A stretch of DNA of 64,000 bases from a virus (lineage: Duplodnaviria > Caudoviricetes): positions 1 to 64,000 of the IMG/VR virus record IMGVR_UViG_3300011862_000001; one strand, 5' to 3'. Of this stretch, positions 7,512 to 16,136 are shown in pieces. How positions within the stretch are numbered: position 1 is the first letter of the stretch; the number at the start of each line of letters is the position of its first letter. The notes under the pieces are model-generated. The model saw only the letters and a list, made by a program, of their open reading frames with translations. It searched no databases and was not told the DNA's origin. The translations under genes and the position numbers were made by a program.

Positions 7512-9409
7512 GTGGATCAATATTGCGGGTTGTTACAACAAATCCTGAACGTCGGTCACCCGAAGGCCGACCGTACCGGTACCGGGACGCTGTCCTGTTT
7601 TGGCGCACAGATGCGCTTTGATTTGCGTGACGGGTTTCCGATGGTCACCACCAAGAAACTGCACCTGCGCTCGATTATTCATGAGCTGTTGTGGTTCCTG
7701 AAAGGGGACACCAACACCCAGTACCTGAACGATAACGGCGTGACTATCTGGGACGAATGGAGACGTCCATATATCGGTTTTACAGATAAGGTTATTCGTA
7801 TCCCACGAGTTAAAAAAGAGTATGTCCCTTTTACCGGGACATTCCCTATATCTATCCCGACGTTCGATTCTGAAGTAGATAAGAAGTTAGCGTATGCGTG
7901 GCAGAAGATGATGCGGCGCTGTTACGATAAAACGGCACACAACTATCGTAGCTACGGCGAGAAAGGTACTAGCGTGGCGTTGCGTTGGCACAATGTGACC
8001 AATTTTGTTAATGACGTTAAAGAACTACAAAATTGGGTTTATAAAAACAAGAACTGGAATATGTTCGAACTCGACAAAGATTACTACGGTTCTAACCAGT
8101 ATTGTCCTGAAGGGTGCGTATGGCTCAGTAAGAAAGAAAACGTTCATCATGCGTGGGTACGTATCGTTAAAGGAGATGGTACTGATTACATCTGCCGGAC
8201 GTATAAACATGCAGCCGCGTTAACAGGGCTAAGTAAATCCTCCATCCACCGTTTTATTGAAAAAGGTATTACTCCGCACCTTAAAGGAAATAACCGGATC
8301 AGTGGTGTGAAAAATTGGCTTATGCATAAAGCCAACACCGAAGATTTCGTTTATCGTAACGCGATTCACGACGACGGTGACTTAGGCCCGGTTTACGGTA
8401 AGCAATGGCGGGACTGGGTCGGGCCAGACGGTAAACACCATGACCAGATTTCCAAGGTCATCGACCAGCTGCGTAACGACCCCGATAACCGCCGTATTAT
8501 CGTCAGTGCCTGGAACGTGGGTGAGTTAGACCAGATGGCGTTAGCGCCGTGTCATTCTTTCTTCCAGTTCTACACGCGTGAACTGTCACTCGATGAACGT
8601 CTGGGGTGGCAGGCTGAAAACGAACCTGACGCTTACCAGTTCTCTAAATGTGAAGAGTACGAAGACGATGAAGATAACCACGACGCATTGACCGCCGATG
8701 GTGTTCCGCGTCGTATGCTGTCTTGTCAGCTCTATCAGCGTAAACTAAGCTGCGCCTTCTAGGGGTGACCCTAGTCGAAAAACACTCCCTAATTGCTGGG
8801 ACACCTTAACGTCGTTTAAGCTACAACGTGACCGGTAACGGTGGGCGTGAATGCTAAAAAATTAAACGATTCATGGTCAATCAGCATCTAAAACTCCTTG
8901 AAATGTATTTTATCCTAACGGTTAGACTTTTAAATTCAAGGTTTGAAGTTCAACGACTAGAACGTGATTGTTCGTAGGGGACAAGTGTCCTCGAAATGGG
9001 AGAGCATCTGCGCAGCAGTTTCGCAGATGGTGATATAGTCTGATCTGCATGGCGACATGCAGCTGCGCGTAATGGCGCGGGGTGTGACTAACGACCACAC
9101 CTGAACATCTTGAGCGCAGATATGTTCCTTGGCGTGCCCTTTAACATCGCGTCTTACGCGCTGCTGATGCACATGGTCGCCCAACAGGTGAACATGGCCG
9201 TCGGCGATTTCGTCTGGACAGGTGGCGACGTACACATCTATTCCAATCACATGGAACAGGTGAAAGAGCAGCTCACCCGTAAACCGTTGCCGTTACCAAA
9301 GCTAGTTATCAAACGTAAACCGGAGTCTATCTTCGACTACCAGTTCGAAGACTTCGAGGTTGTAGATTATCAAAGCCATCCTGCGATTAAAGCGCCGGTT
9401 GCTATCTAA
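7512..9409 (+). CDS. thyA: thymidylate synthase; join(7512..8741,9113..9409), ~508 aa including an in-frame HNH insertion
   Basis: [38 protein letters not shown]|[28 protein letters not shown]; splicing restores YQRSAD. Confidence 0.95.
7761..8363 (+). mobile_element. HNH homing-endonuclease-like domain inserted in frame in thyA
   Basis: [10 protein letters not shown]...YGEKG..V..RW, ELDKD...[16 protein letters not shown], and C-terminal [19 protein letters not shown]; visibly more AT-rich than the flanks. Confidence 0.8.
8742..9112 (+). mobile_element. group I intron (ORF-less, 371 nt) in thyA
   Basis: Exon 1 ends in U (CGT); intron ends in G; IGS GCT-GCGC pairs with 3' exon AGC and 5' exon GCGT; P (AATTGCTGGGA), Q (AATCAGCA), R (GTTCAACGACTA), S (GATATAGTC) and P3 CTCCC/GGGAG all present. 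Confidence 0.93.
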
Positions 9410-9418
9410 GAGGTTACC

Positions 9419-9718
9419 ATGAAAATAGGCCATGAGCTTCATGCACAGCTGACTGCTGAGTCAATTCGGCAGTTAAAAGAGCTGTCAACGATAACCGACC
9501 GAGTCGGTGTTGCGCTGGAAATGAAAGGAAGATTAGACCAGTCGGACATCAGAACATTGGAGGTGATTGAAAAGACGTTGAAGCAATTACGACTGCTCAA
9601 CATTCTGCTCGGGCATCTCGGTGGACTGACCAATAAAAAGCTGGCAGAAATCCATGGCCTATCGCCCAGTAGAATCTCACAAATCATCAAGCAAGCGAAA
9701 GAAGAAAATCATGGGTGA
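9419..9718 (+). CDS. helix-turn-helix DNA-binding protein
   Basis: LTNKKLAEIHGLSPSRISQII HTH motif. Confidence 0.7.
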   Translation: MKIGHELHAQLTAESIRQLKELSTITDRVGVALEMKGRLDQSDIRTLEVIEKTLKQLRLLNILLGHLGGLTNKKLAEIHGLSPSRISQIIKQAKEENHG

Positions 9719-10181
9719 CGTGTTATCGTTCCAACCAAAAAAATCCGACGCGGTGGAAATATGGATTCCGGGAGCGGGAGGGACAGAACCGAAAGTCTTT
9801 ACGGTACCACCCAGAGATATGTACTGGTGGGCATTGATACTTGACAGTATCAGCCTGTACAGTCGTACCTGGGATGGTTGCGTGTATTTCTATTCTGACC
9901 CTTACGGCTTTATGAACGAGTGTTATGCCAAACGTAACCGTTGTTTGGAGATACACGTCACGCGTGCAACCTTAACGAGCCTGTTAAAGGCGACGCCTTA
10001 CACCTTTGTTAGTAGCCTGTCTGGTCGTCTAAACGATGTGGATTATCATCTGGTGTACGATAATGCCACCGTGCACACGACTGACGAACTCGATATCGAA
10101 TATCGACTCGGACTGTTTGTCACCCCGACAGACAAACCTGGCCTTTTTAAAATTACCTACGTGGAACTTTCTGATGAATAA
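9711..10181 (+). CDS. hypothetical protein
   Basis: Start at ATG 9711 overlapping the upstream gene end. Confidence 0.7.
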   Translation: MGDVLSFQPKKSDAVEIWIPGAGGTEPKVFTVPPRDMYWWALILDSISLYSRTWDGCVYFYSDPYGFMNECYAKRNRCLEIHVTRATLTSLLKATPYTFVSSLSGRLNDVDYHLVYDNATVHTTDELDIEYRLGLFVTPTDKPGLFKITYVELSDE

Positions 10182-11103
10182 CCTGTTTTTCTATAACAAC
10201 CTTTTCTACACAGCACCGATGGCACATTACAACTACGGCTGTATTGCTGCGCGTGATGTTGCACACGTTCATGAACTGCTTGGCACCAAAGCAGTTGACC
10301 TCTTGCCACTGGGTAAAACCGATGCCGAAGGTAACCTGTGTGGTGCGACGGATATTCGTCCTGTGACCAAACGCACGGAAAACGAAACACGTACGATTTC
10401 CTGCAACTACTATCAAGTAAAAGAAGGCGTTGACCTTACTTCTCGTGAGAATTTCATCAGCAACATGCTGCACAAGCAATACGGTTGGCCGCAGAATGAA
10501 ATTCATGTCAACATGTCACGCATGATAAAAATCGAAGGTGACTACACGAGCGATGGCAAACCGAAATGGCGCGCGATGGTCACGGTTGACAGTGTCGATG
10601 AACCGTTACCGATGTTCCTGACCTTTGAAGGCAACGACGGCAGCGAGTATGAAGACACGGGTGAACAGACCGAATACGAATATCAGGTCAGCGTTGATGT
10701 ACCCCTGACCCCGATGTGGGTTATGATTGATCTTCTCGAAGAAGCAAATCTGTTAGAAACGTTGTGGATGGATTGCGCGTACGTTGCCCGTAAAGCCTGC
10801 TACAGCGATGTGCCGGTTGACGGCTGGGAAGAAGTGAAGGAAGAGTTTGGTGACCACACCTTCCACTGGTGGCTCAATCCGAAATGGCAGATTGTGTTTA
10901 AGAACATCGTCGATGAACTGAAAGCGGAAATGGATAAAGAGCTGGAAGAGACTACCGCTGCGCCGTTACAGGTGGCCTCTGAGCTGAACGACATGATGGA
11001 CTTTGACAATATTCCGGGCGTTGATCCGGATGCGGGCGTTGAAGGTGGGGTTGACCCGTCGAAAGAAGACGACAACTGCGCTGGCGGTGCTTGCAAAATT
11101 TAA
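10174..11103 (+). CDS. hypothetical protein with NrdA-like C-terminal Cys-pair tail
   Basis: Start at ATG 10174; acidic linker ending DDNCAGGACKI. Confidence 0.75.
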   Translation: MNNLFFYNNLFYTAPMAHYNYGCIAARDVAHVHELLGTKAVDLLPLGKTDAEGNLCGATDIRPVTKRTENETRTISCNYYQVKEGVDLTSRENFISNMLHKQYGWPQNEIHVNMSRMIKIEGDYTSDGKPKWRAMVTVDSVDEPLPMFLTFEGNDGSEYEDTGEQTEYEYQVSVDVPLTPMWVMIDLLEEANLLETLWMDCAYVARKACYSDVPVDGWEEVKEEFGDHTFHWWLNPKWQIVFKNIVDELKAEMDKELEETTAAPLQVASELNDMMDFDNIPGVDPDAGVEGGVDPSKEDDNCAGGACKI

Positions 11104-11110
11104 CAGTAGC

Positions 11111-11148
11111 GGGTGTCCTTATGGACACCCCTATTCTATTTCTTTTTT
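11111..11148 (+). terminator. putative terminator
   Basis: GGGTGTCC-TTAT-GGACACCC with a T-rich tail. Confidence 0.65.
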
Positions 11149-11169
11149 CTAATGAAGGATTAATCAATC

Positions 11170-12081
11170 ATGGGCGAAACTTTTGCCATTCAAATTCCGT
11201 ACAACGTTATCATTAACCCGAACAATCACTTAGAACAGGTTAACAAACTGCTGGCCGGATTCTGTAAACGTAACAATGCCGACGTGTGGGCATTTGAAGC
11301 GTTGTACTCGCTGTGCGTCAACAGTGAGACCGGCGCTACGCGTGTCGAAGGTAAAGTGAAGACCGGCGACAGTCGTTTGGAAATCAACGACTTTGAAATG
11401 CCGTGGGTACTGACTGGCGTGGAATTCGGCGGTACGGTAACTCACCCGCGTCGTATCCATCTGTTTAGCATTTCGATGTGTGTTAAGAACGTGGTCGGGT
11501 GGTCTACCGAGCGTGGTATTCTTGCCAATGGGAAATGGTTTACCCAGGTGACCAAATTCTACGAAGAAGACGGTGTAGCCGCGACCGGTATCAGCAAAAC
11601 GAAGAAACGTCTTATCATGGACGGGTTGGGCGATGCGTTGGTGGTGCTGGTTAACATCCTGGCCCTGACCCATTACGGCCCGCGTGCGATTGTCGAATCG
11701 TTGGCAGCAGCCCGTCAGCGTATTGAAACCAACGTCCCGTACGGTGATGCCCATCGCCTGTTCCACAAAATGCGTCTGGAGTTCACCCAAATGAACGACG
11801 CGTTCTATCAGGGTGAAGACTGGCGGGTACGCAATGACATCCCAGCGGATGATCAACTCGAACTCCCGGCTATTTTCCTGCTGGATATCGAAAGCCACCT
11901 CGAAAACGCTTTGTGGTACATGGAAGCCCTGGCGCGCGCGTATGAAGTCACGCTGGAGCAGTGTTTCTCCCTGGCCTGGGACGAAATCAAAGACCGTAAA
12001 GGTTTTCTGAATGCTGACGGTATCTTTGTTAAAGAAGCCGACATGACTGCTGAGCAGAAAGCTGCACAAGTGACCGCTTAA
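11170..12081 (+). CDS. MazG-like nucleotide pyrophosphohydrolase
   Basis: W...RGI, EE, DGLGDALVVL and LEQCFSLAWDEIKDRKG...GIFVKE motifs. Confidence 0.8.
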   Translation: MGETFAIQIPYNVIINPNNHLEQVNKLLAGFCKRNNADVWAFEALYSLCVNSETGATRVEGKVKTGDSRLEINDFEMPWVLTGVEFGGTVTHPRRIHLFSISMCVKNVVGWSTERGILANGKWFTQVTKFYEEDGVAATGISKTKKRLIMDGLGDALVVLVNILALTHYGPRAIVESLAAARQRIETNVPYGDAHRLFHKMRLEFTQMNDAFYQGEDWRVRNDIPADDQLELPAIFLLDIESHLENALWYMEALARAYEVTLEQCFSLAWDEIKDRKGFLNADGIFVKEADMTAEQKAAQVTA

Positions 12082-12106
12082 CCGTTTTACCCTGAAGGAT
12101 AATTTC

Positions 12107-12952
12107 ATGCAACTGTTTCTTATTACGAACGAGTTCTTTAAATCGGCGATGTCCACGTCGTTTCGTGCAACGGTGATTGCGCCTGATGCCAATGCGGCAC
12201 GTTGGTTAGTAGGTCAACGTAGTCGCGGTTTTGAGTTTGAAGAAGTGGCAGCGGCAACGGTGTTCTCGCTGGGCGATATCACACAGCCGACAGAAGGCGT
12301 ATTGACGGTTGAGCGACGCAGTGGTTCTAAACTCTTTTCGACATCAGAGTTCTACCGTTACGAATTCAAAGAAGACAACTTCTACGAAGTGACGGTGAAT
12401 CCGGAAATCCTGAAAGACTTACCGGGCATCTATGTACCGGGTAAACACACCTGGTTTGCGTTGAAATCCAATACCGAGATATTAATGCGCCGGGTTGAGT
12501 GTGAACAAACCCCCGCGTTGGCGATTGGTCAGGGCCATTACAGTAAGACGTTCGTGGTACAACAGTTCTTCCGTGTGGGTAAAACAAGCGAACAGACCTG
12601 GACGTATAAAGCGGCCGGTGAGCAGTATAAAACGCAATACTACGATATGTCCCGGGCTTCGTTACTGCAAATGCGTGCATTGATTTTATCCTCTGCACGT
12701 TGTTTGCCGTACGATAACGTAGCCGGGCCATTACTGGCGAAGCTGTGGTCTGTGGTGCAAGAAGAACAAATTGGTAATGCTGCGGAAGTGGGTGCCCAGT
12801 TCTACGAAGGCCAAAAACTCTATTGGGCTCCGGACGACATTCGCGATTGGGCGATGGCGCTACCGCAAGTGATTGCTGGTACACCGATGATTGATGAATC
12901 ACTCACCGTACCGGTAGCAGGGACGAAGTGTGTTACCCTCAAGCCGGACTAA
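12107..12952 (+). CDS. hypothetical protein
   Basis: 281-aa ORF with AAGGA SD. Confidence 0.75.
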   Translation: MQLFLITNEFFKSAMSTSFRATVIAPDANAARWLVGQRSRGFEFEEVAAATVFSLGDITQPTEGVLTVERRSGSKLFSTSEFYRYEFKEDNFYEVTVNPEILKDLPGIYVPGKHTWFALKSNTEILMRRVECEQTPALAIGQGHYSKTFVVQQFFRVGKTSEQTWTYKAAGEQYKTQYYDMSRASLLQMRALILSSARCLPYDNVAGPLLAKLWSVVQEEQIGNAAEVGAQFYEGQKLYWAPDDIRDWAMALPQVIAGTPMIDESLTVPVAGTKCVTLKPD

Positions 12953-12960
12953 GGGCAGGT

Positions 12961-13443
12961 ATGTTTGAGCTGGTTATTACCCCGGCGGTGAACGATAACA
13001 CCGTCTTTGTAGTGTTTGTAAACGGTAATGAGGTCGCCCGCGTCGATAAACGGGGTGCGAACCTCTGGCGTGCAGTAAGTGATGCTGACCAGGTGTTTGT
13101 CAGTGACGCTATGGCACTGGCAACCGAGCATGAGCCGGTTGTGTTGGTACGCTTTCGTCTGGCGCAAGCTGAGATGGAGGCGTTCTTACGAACAGTGATG
13201 TACACTTACGATGCCTACAGTGAAGGGCCACTACATTTAGGCTGGGATGAAATTGACCCTAGCCTGCGCACGCAGTTTCGTCGTGATGCTGATGACATGT
13301 TCGAGTCTGAGTCGTGGAATCTTGACGAGTGCGCGGAATACCCGTTGGGCCAACCGTTTATCGTTATCCATCCAGAGAAGGTGGGTGGGATGAACGAGAC
13401 CGCCTTTATTGAATTGTACTACGTGATACTAGAGGAGCAATGA
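12961..13443 (+). CDS. hypothetical protein
   Basis: Start at ATG 12961 just after the upstream stop. Confidence 0.7.
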   Translation: MFELVITPAVNDNTVFVVFVNGNEVARVDKRGANLWRAVSDADQVFVSDAMALATEHEPVVLVRFRLAQAEMEAFLRTVMYTYDAYSEGPLHLGWDEIDPSLRTQFRRDADDMFESESWNLDECAEYPLGQPFIVIHPEKVGGMNETAFIELYYVILEEQ

Positions 13444-13862
13444 TGTCTTTTCTAAACCAAGTGGAGTTTAACCCTACCAGCCGCACGCTTAGCGTTAACG
13501 GTGAGGATTGGGGTAACCTGGGTCTCGATGCGTGGGTATTAGAAGCTATCGCAGCAAAAGCTAAATTACACAACGGTCTGGAGTTTGTGGTGACGGATTC
13601 ACCCATTACCAAACCGGTTGCCTGGCAGCTGTACGGGTGCAGTCAAATGCTGCTCGACATCAATATCGATTCCGCCGTGCGTAAGGTGCTTCATCTGAAG
13701 AACTACCGTGGGCATTTCCAACACACCGGTAACGTGTTGGATGTCTCTCGCGACATGGGCACCGACGTCCCGTATTCCAATACGGATATCACGGCTGGAC
13801 CTAATGCCCTGGTGTTCTGGTATTACGAAACCGGCAAGTGGAGTCTCGTTTACCTGCACTAA
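13440..13862 (+). CDS. hypothetical protein
   Basis: 140-aa ORF with GAGGAG SD. Confidence 0.75.
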   Translation: MMSFLNQVEFNPTSRTLSVNGEDWGNLGLDAWVLEAIAAKAKLHNGLEFVVTDSPITKPVAWQLYGCSQMLLDINIDSAVRKVLHLKNYRGHFQHTGNVLDVSRDMGTDVPYSNTDITAGPNALVFWYYETGKWSLVYLH

Positions 13863-13915
13863 AAAATAAAAGGTACCCTCTACCCCGACTGGGGTAGAGA
13901 GCCTTTCTTTTTTTT
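13861..13915. terminator. bidirectional terminator
   Basis: CTCTACCCC-GACT-GGGGTAGAG flanked by an A run and a T run, between convergent genes. Confidence 0.85.
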
Positions 13916-13916
13916 G

Positions 13917-16091
13917 CTATCGGGCCGAGGAACCGAAGGCTGAGAAGATGTTCGCTGCCACACGCGCCGGAGGCAAGTCGAAGAACTTGTTCACCAACGC
14001 ACCTTGTGAGAACGCTGAACGCCAAGACTGGAACTGAATGTTGGCATTCATAATCCCTTTGGCATAACCCGAGGTACGTTCGTGTAAGGTAGCGGCACCC
14101 AACACGGCCATAAACTCGGAGAACTTGTTACTGTCATCCCAGGCACTGGTGTCGGTCACAATCGGCATGTACATCACGCGAGACAAGTCACGGATGGTCA
14201 CACTGATATCACACGACAACGGTACACCGTCAACACGCCAACCCATGCCACCGACGCCGAAGTTAAAGCTGACGTTGGTGACCATCGCATTACGCATCGA
14301 GAAACGACCACGCGCATACGCTTCCAGATAGAACGGGTGAGTAAAGGACTGTTTACCGGTCGCCAGGGGACACACCGCAGCCAGCCAGAACGACAACGGC
14401 AGAATCAAATCCTGAAACACATCCAGGTCACTGCCTGACCAGCAACGAAGCGGAATCGTCAGGTTAATATCATCGCCGGAGGAGTCTGAGGAATCCCACA
14501 CTTCAGGAAAGTCAATCACCGAGGAGTTATACAGCGAGACAATCCCGGAAAGATGCAGGAAGTCCAACGCCCCAGTAAACGCCGATTTCAAACCGGTAAC
14601 CAGACCATCCACCGCATCAATACCGGTTTGGCCTGCTGACAGGTTAACTTCAAGCGAACGCGCTTTACCGGTCACCGAGTTCACTGCACCGGAGATTTCC
14701 GGCTCTTTGGTGTTGTTACTAAATGAACGGTTGGTGGAATCCCGGCCGTTGATTTTCCAGGTCACCCACTGCGAGCCGTTGCTCACTTCGGATTTAAACT
14801 GTTCTTTAAGCCCTTCGCTTAATTTCGCGATGCCATCAAACAGAGTACCCCAAGTGGACTTCTGCCCTTCGTTCATCCAGTTCTGGATTTTACCGATATC
14901 TCGCGCCGTGGCTTCTTCGTCGGAGTTCCCGGCTTGCTGTGCCTGCTGAGCTTTTAACTGCCGCTCTTGCAGTTCAGCTTCCGAGGTGTAGTTCTTCTCA
15001 GTGCCACCATCCTTATCCGCTTTCACCAACGCCCCGGTCATCTGGTCAACCGCAGCTGCTTCCATGGTGTCTGGGTCGATTTTCGCTTCATAACCTTTTG
15101 ACTTGCGAATAATCGATTCCAAATCGGCCAAGGAGACTTCCATCTGGGTTGCCCGGTTGATGTGGGTATTGCTGTAGAGCATCTCCTTGTAGTATTCCTG
15201 GATACGCTGGTTCATCTCCGCTTCTGTGGCGGTGCTGTCGCGAATCTCCTTCATCCGTTCGGCTTGATAGTTCGCCAATACCTGATAGCGGTTAATCATG
15301 CGATAGATGTCAAACTCGCCGTTGGCTTTCCAGATGGTCGGTAAGCCTGAGTGGGCATCACGCATTTCGCTGTGATATTTGTTGTCTTGATCCGTGACAT
15401 CACGGTCAAGGGCAAAGGTATTGAGTACCCCGGTCGGTACCAAGCGGCGATACATCAACTGGGTGTTGATGATGTTCTGCACAGCACGTAAGTACAAGTG
15501 CATCGTCGGTTTGACGTAGTAATACTTCGACGCTTCTTTATCAAGCACCAACGAGATAATGCGTGGCACGACCATAATCAGTGCAAACGCGCCTACGCCA
15601 ACGGTGGCAAAGATAGCGGCGGCTGCCGTGTAGGTGGCCAGTGTACGGATAATCGACGGGTAGTCACCGGTACGGGCCAGGTAGGCCAGTTTGGAGTCGT
15701 ACATGTTCGCAAAGAACGCGGCCATCCCGAGGTACTTCGGTTTGCCAAACCGACAGTGCAGGTAAAAGGCGTTTTGCTCAATGGACTCCCAGTAATAGGC
15801 ACCCTGACGATAGGAGCCTTTATCACTGAAGCTCTGGAACCAGGCCGTGTTTTCTTCCGACGCTTGTCCGCCTTGCGGTGCGGCTAACGCCCCGGTAATC
15901 GGCGGGTCAGCAAAGAAAGTAAATTGGGGTGGTGCATTAATGGCAATGTTACCGCCCACCGTGGTATCAGAAAACGACAGGACGGCGTTGGAATAGGTGC
16001 GCAGGTTGACAAAGCGACTGTCGCGGGGCAGTTTCATCCCACTGAACAGGCCTTCCACCCACTTGATATCTTCTAATGAACGTGCGTCCAC
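13917..16091 (-). CDS. virion tail/baseplate-associated structural protein (phiKZ gp182-like)
   Basis: 724-aa ORF directly downstream of the tape measure gene; position conserved in phiKZ-like phages. Confidence 0.65.
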   Translation of the reverse strand: MDARSLEDIKWVEGLFSGMKLPRDSRFVNLRTYSNAVLSFSDTTVGGNIAINAPPQFTFFADPPITGALAAPQGGQASEENTAWFQSFSDKGSYRQGAYYWESIEQNAFYLHCRFGKPKYLGMAAFFANMYDSKLAYLARTGDYPSIIRTLATYTAAAAIFATVGVGAFALIMVVPRIISLVLDKEASKYYYVKPTMHLYLRAVQNIINTQLMYRRLVPTGVLNTFALDRDVTDQDNKYHSEMRDAHSGLPTIWKANGEFDIYRMINRYQVLANYQAERMKEIRDSTATEAEMNQRIQEYYKEMLYSNTHINRATQMEVSLADLESIIRKSKGYEAKIDPDTMEAAAVDQMTGALVKADKDGGTEKNYTSEAELQERQLKAQQAQQAGNSDEEATARDIGKIQNWMNEGQKSTWGTLFDGIAKLSEGLKEQFKSEVSNGSQWVTWKINGRDSTNRSFSNNTKEPEISGAVNSVTGKARSLEVNLSAGQTGIDAVDGLVTGLKSAFTGALDFLHLSGIVSLYNSSVIDFPEVWDSSDSSGDDINLTIPLRCWSGSDLDVFQDLILPLSFWLAAVCPLATGKQSFTHPFYLEAYARGRFSMRNAMVTNVSFNFGVGGMGWRVDGVPLSCDISVTIRDLSRVMYMPIVTDTSAWDDSNKFSEFMAVLGAATLHERTSGYAKGIMNANIQFQSWRSAFSQGALVNKFFDLPPARVAANIFSAFGSSAR

Positions 16092-16136
16092 AGCAACCTC
16101 ACTTGGAAAACGAAGGGGGAGTTGCCTCCCCCTGTA

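Noticed and set aside
7761-8363. Intein, second intron or ribosomal bypass as the explanation for the thyA insertion
   Set aside because: No N-terminal Cys/Ser, no terminal (H)N followed by C/S/T, no P/Q/R/S elements, and no in-frame stop for hopping
8575-8715. Second insertion in ThyA (RELSLDER...GVPRR)
   Set aside because: A short acidic loop expansion of a type common in phage TS; no mobile-element signature
11230-12192. 320-aa antisense ORF over the MazG-like gene (similar shadows at 29789..30511 and 36263..36961)
   Set aside because: Same codon-bias shadow effect
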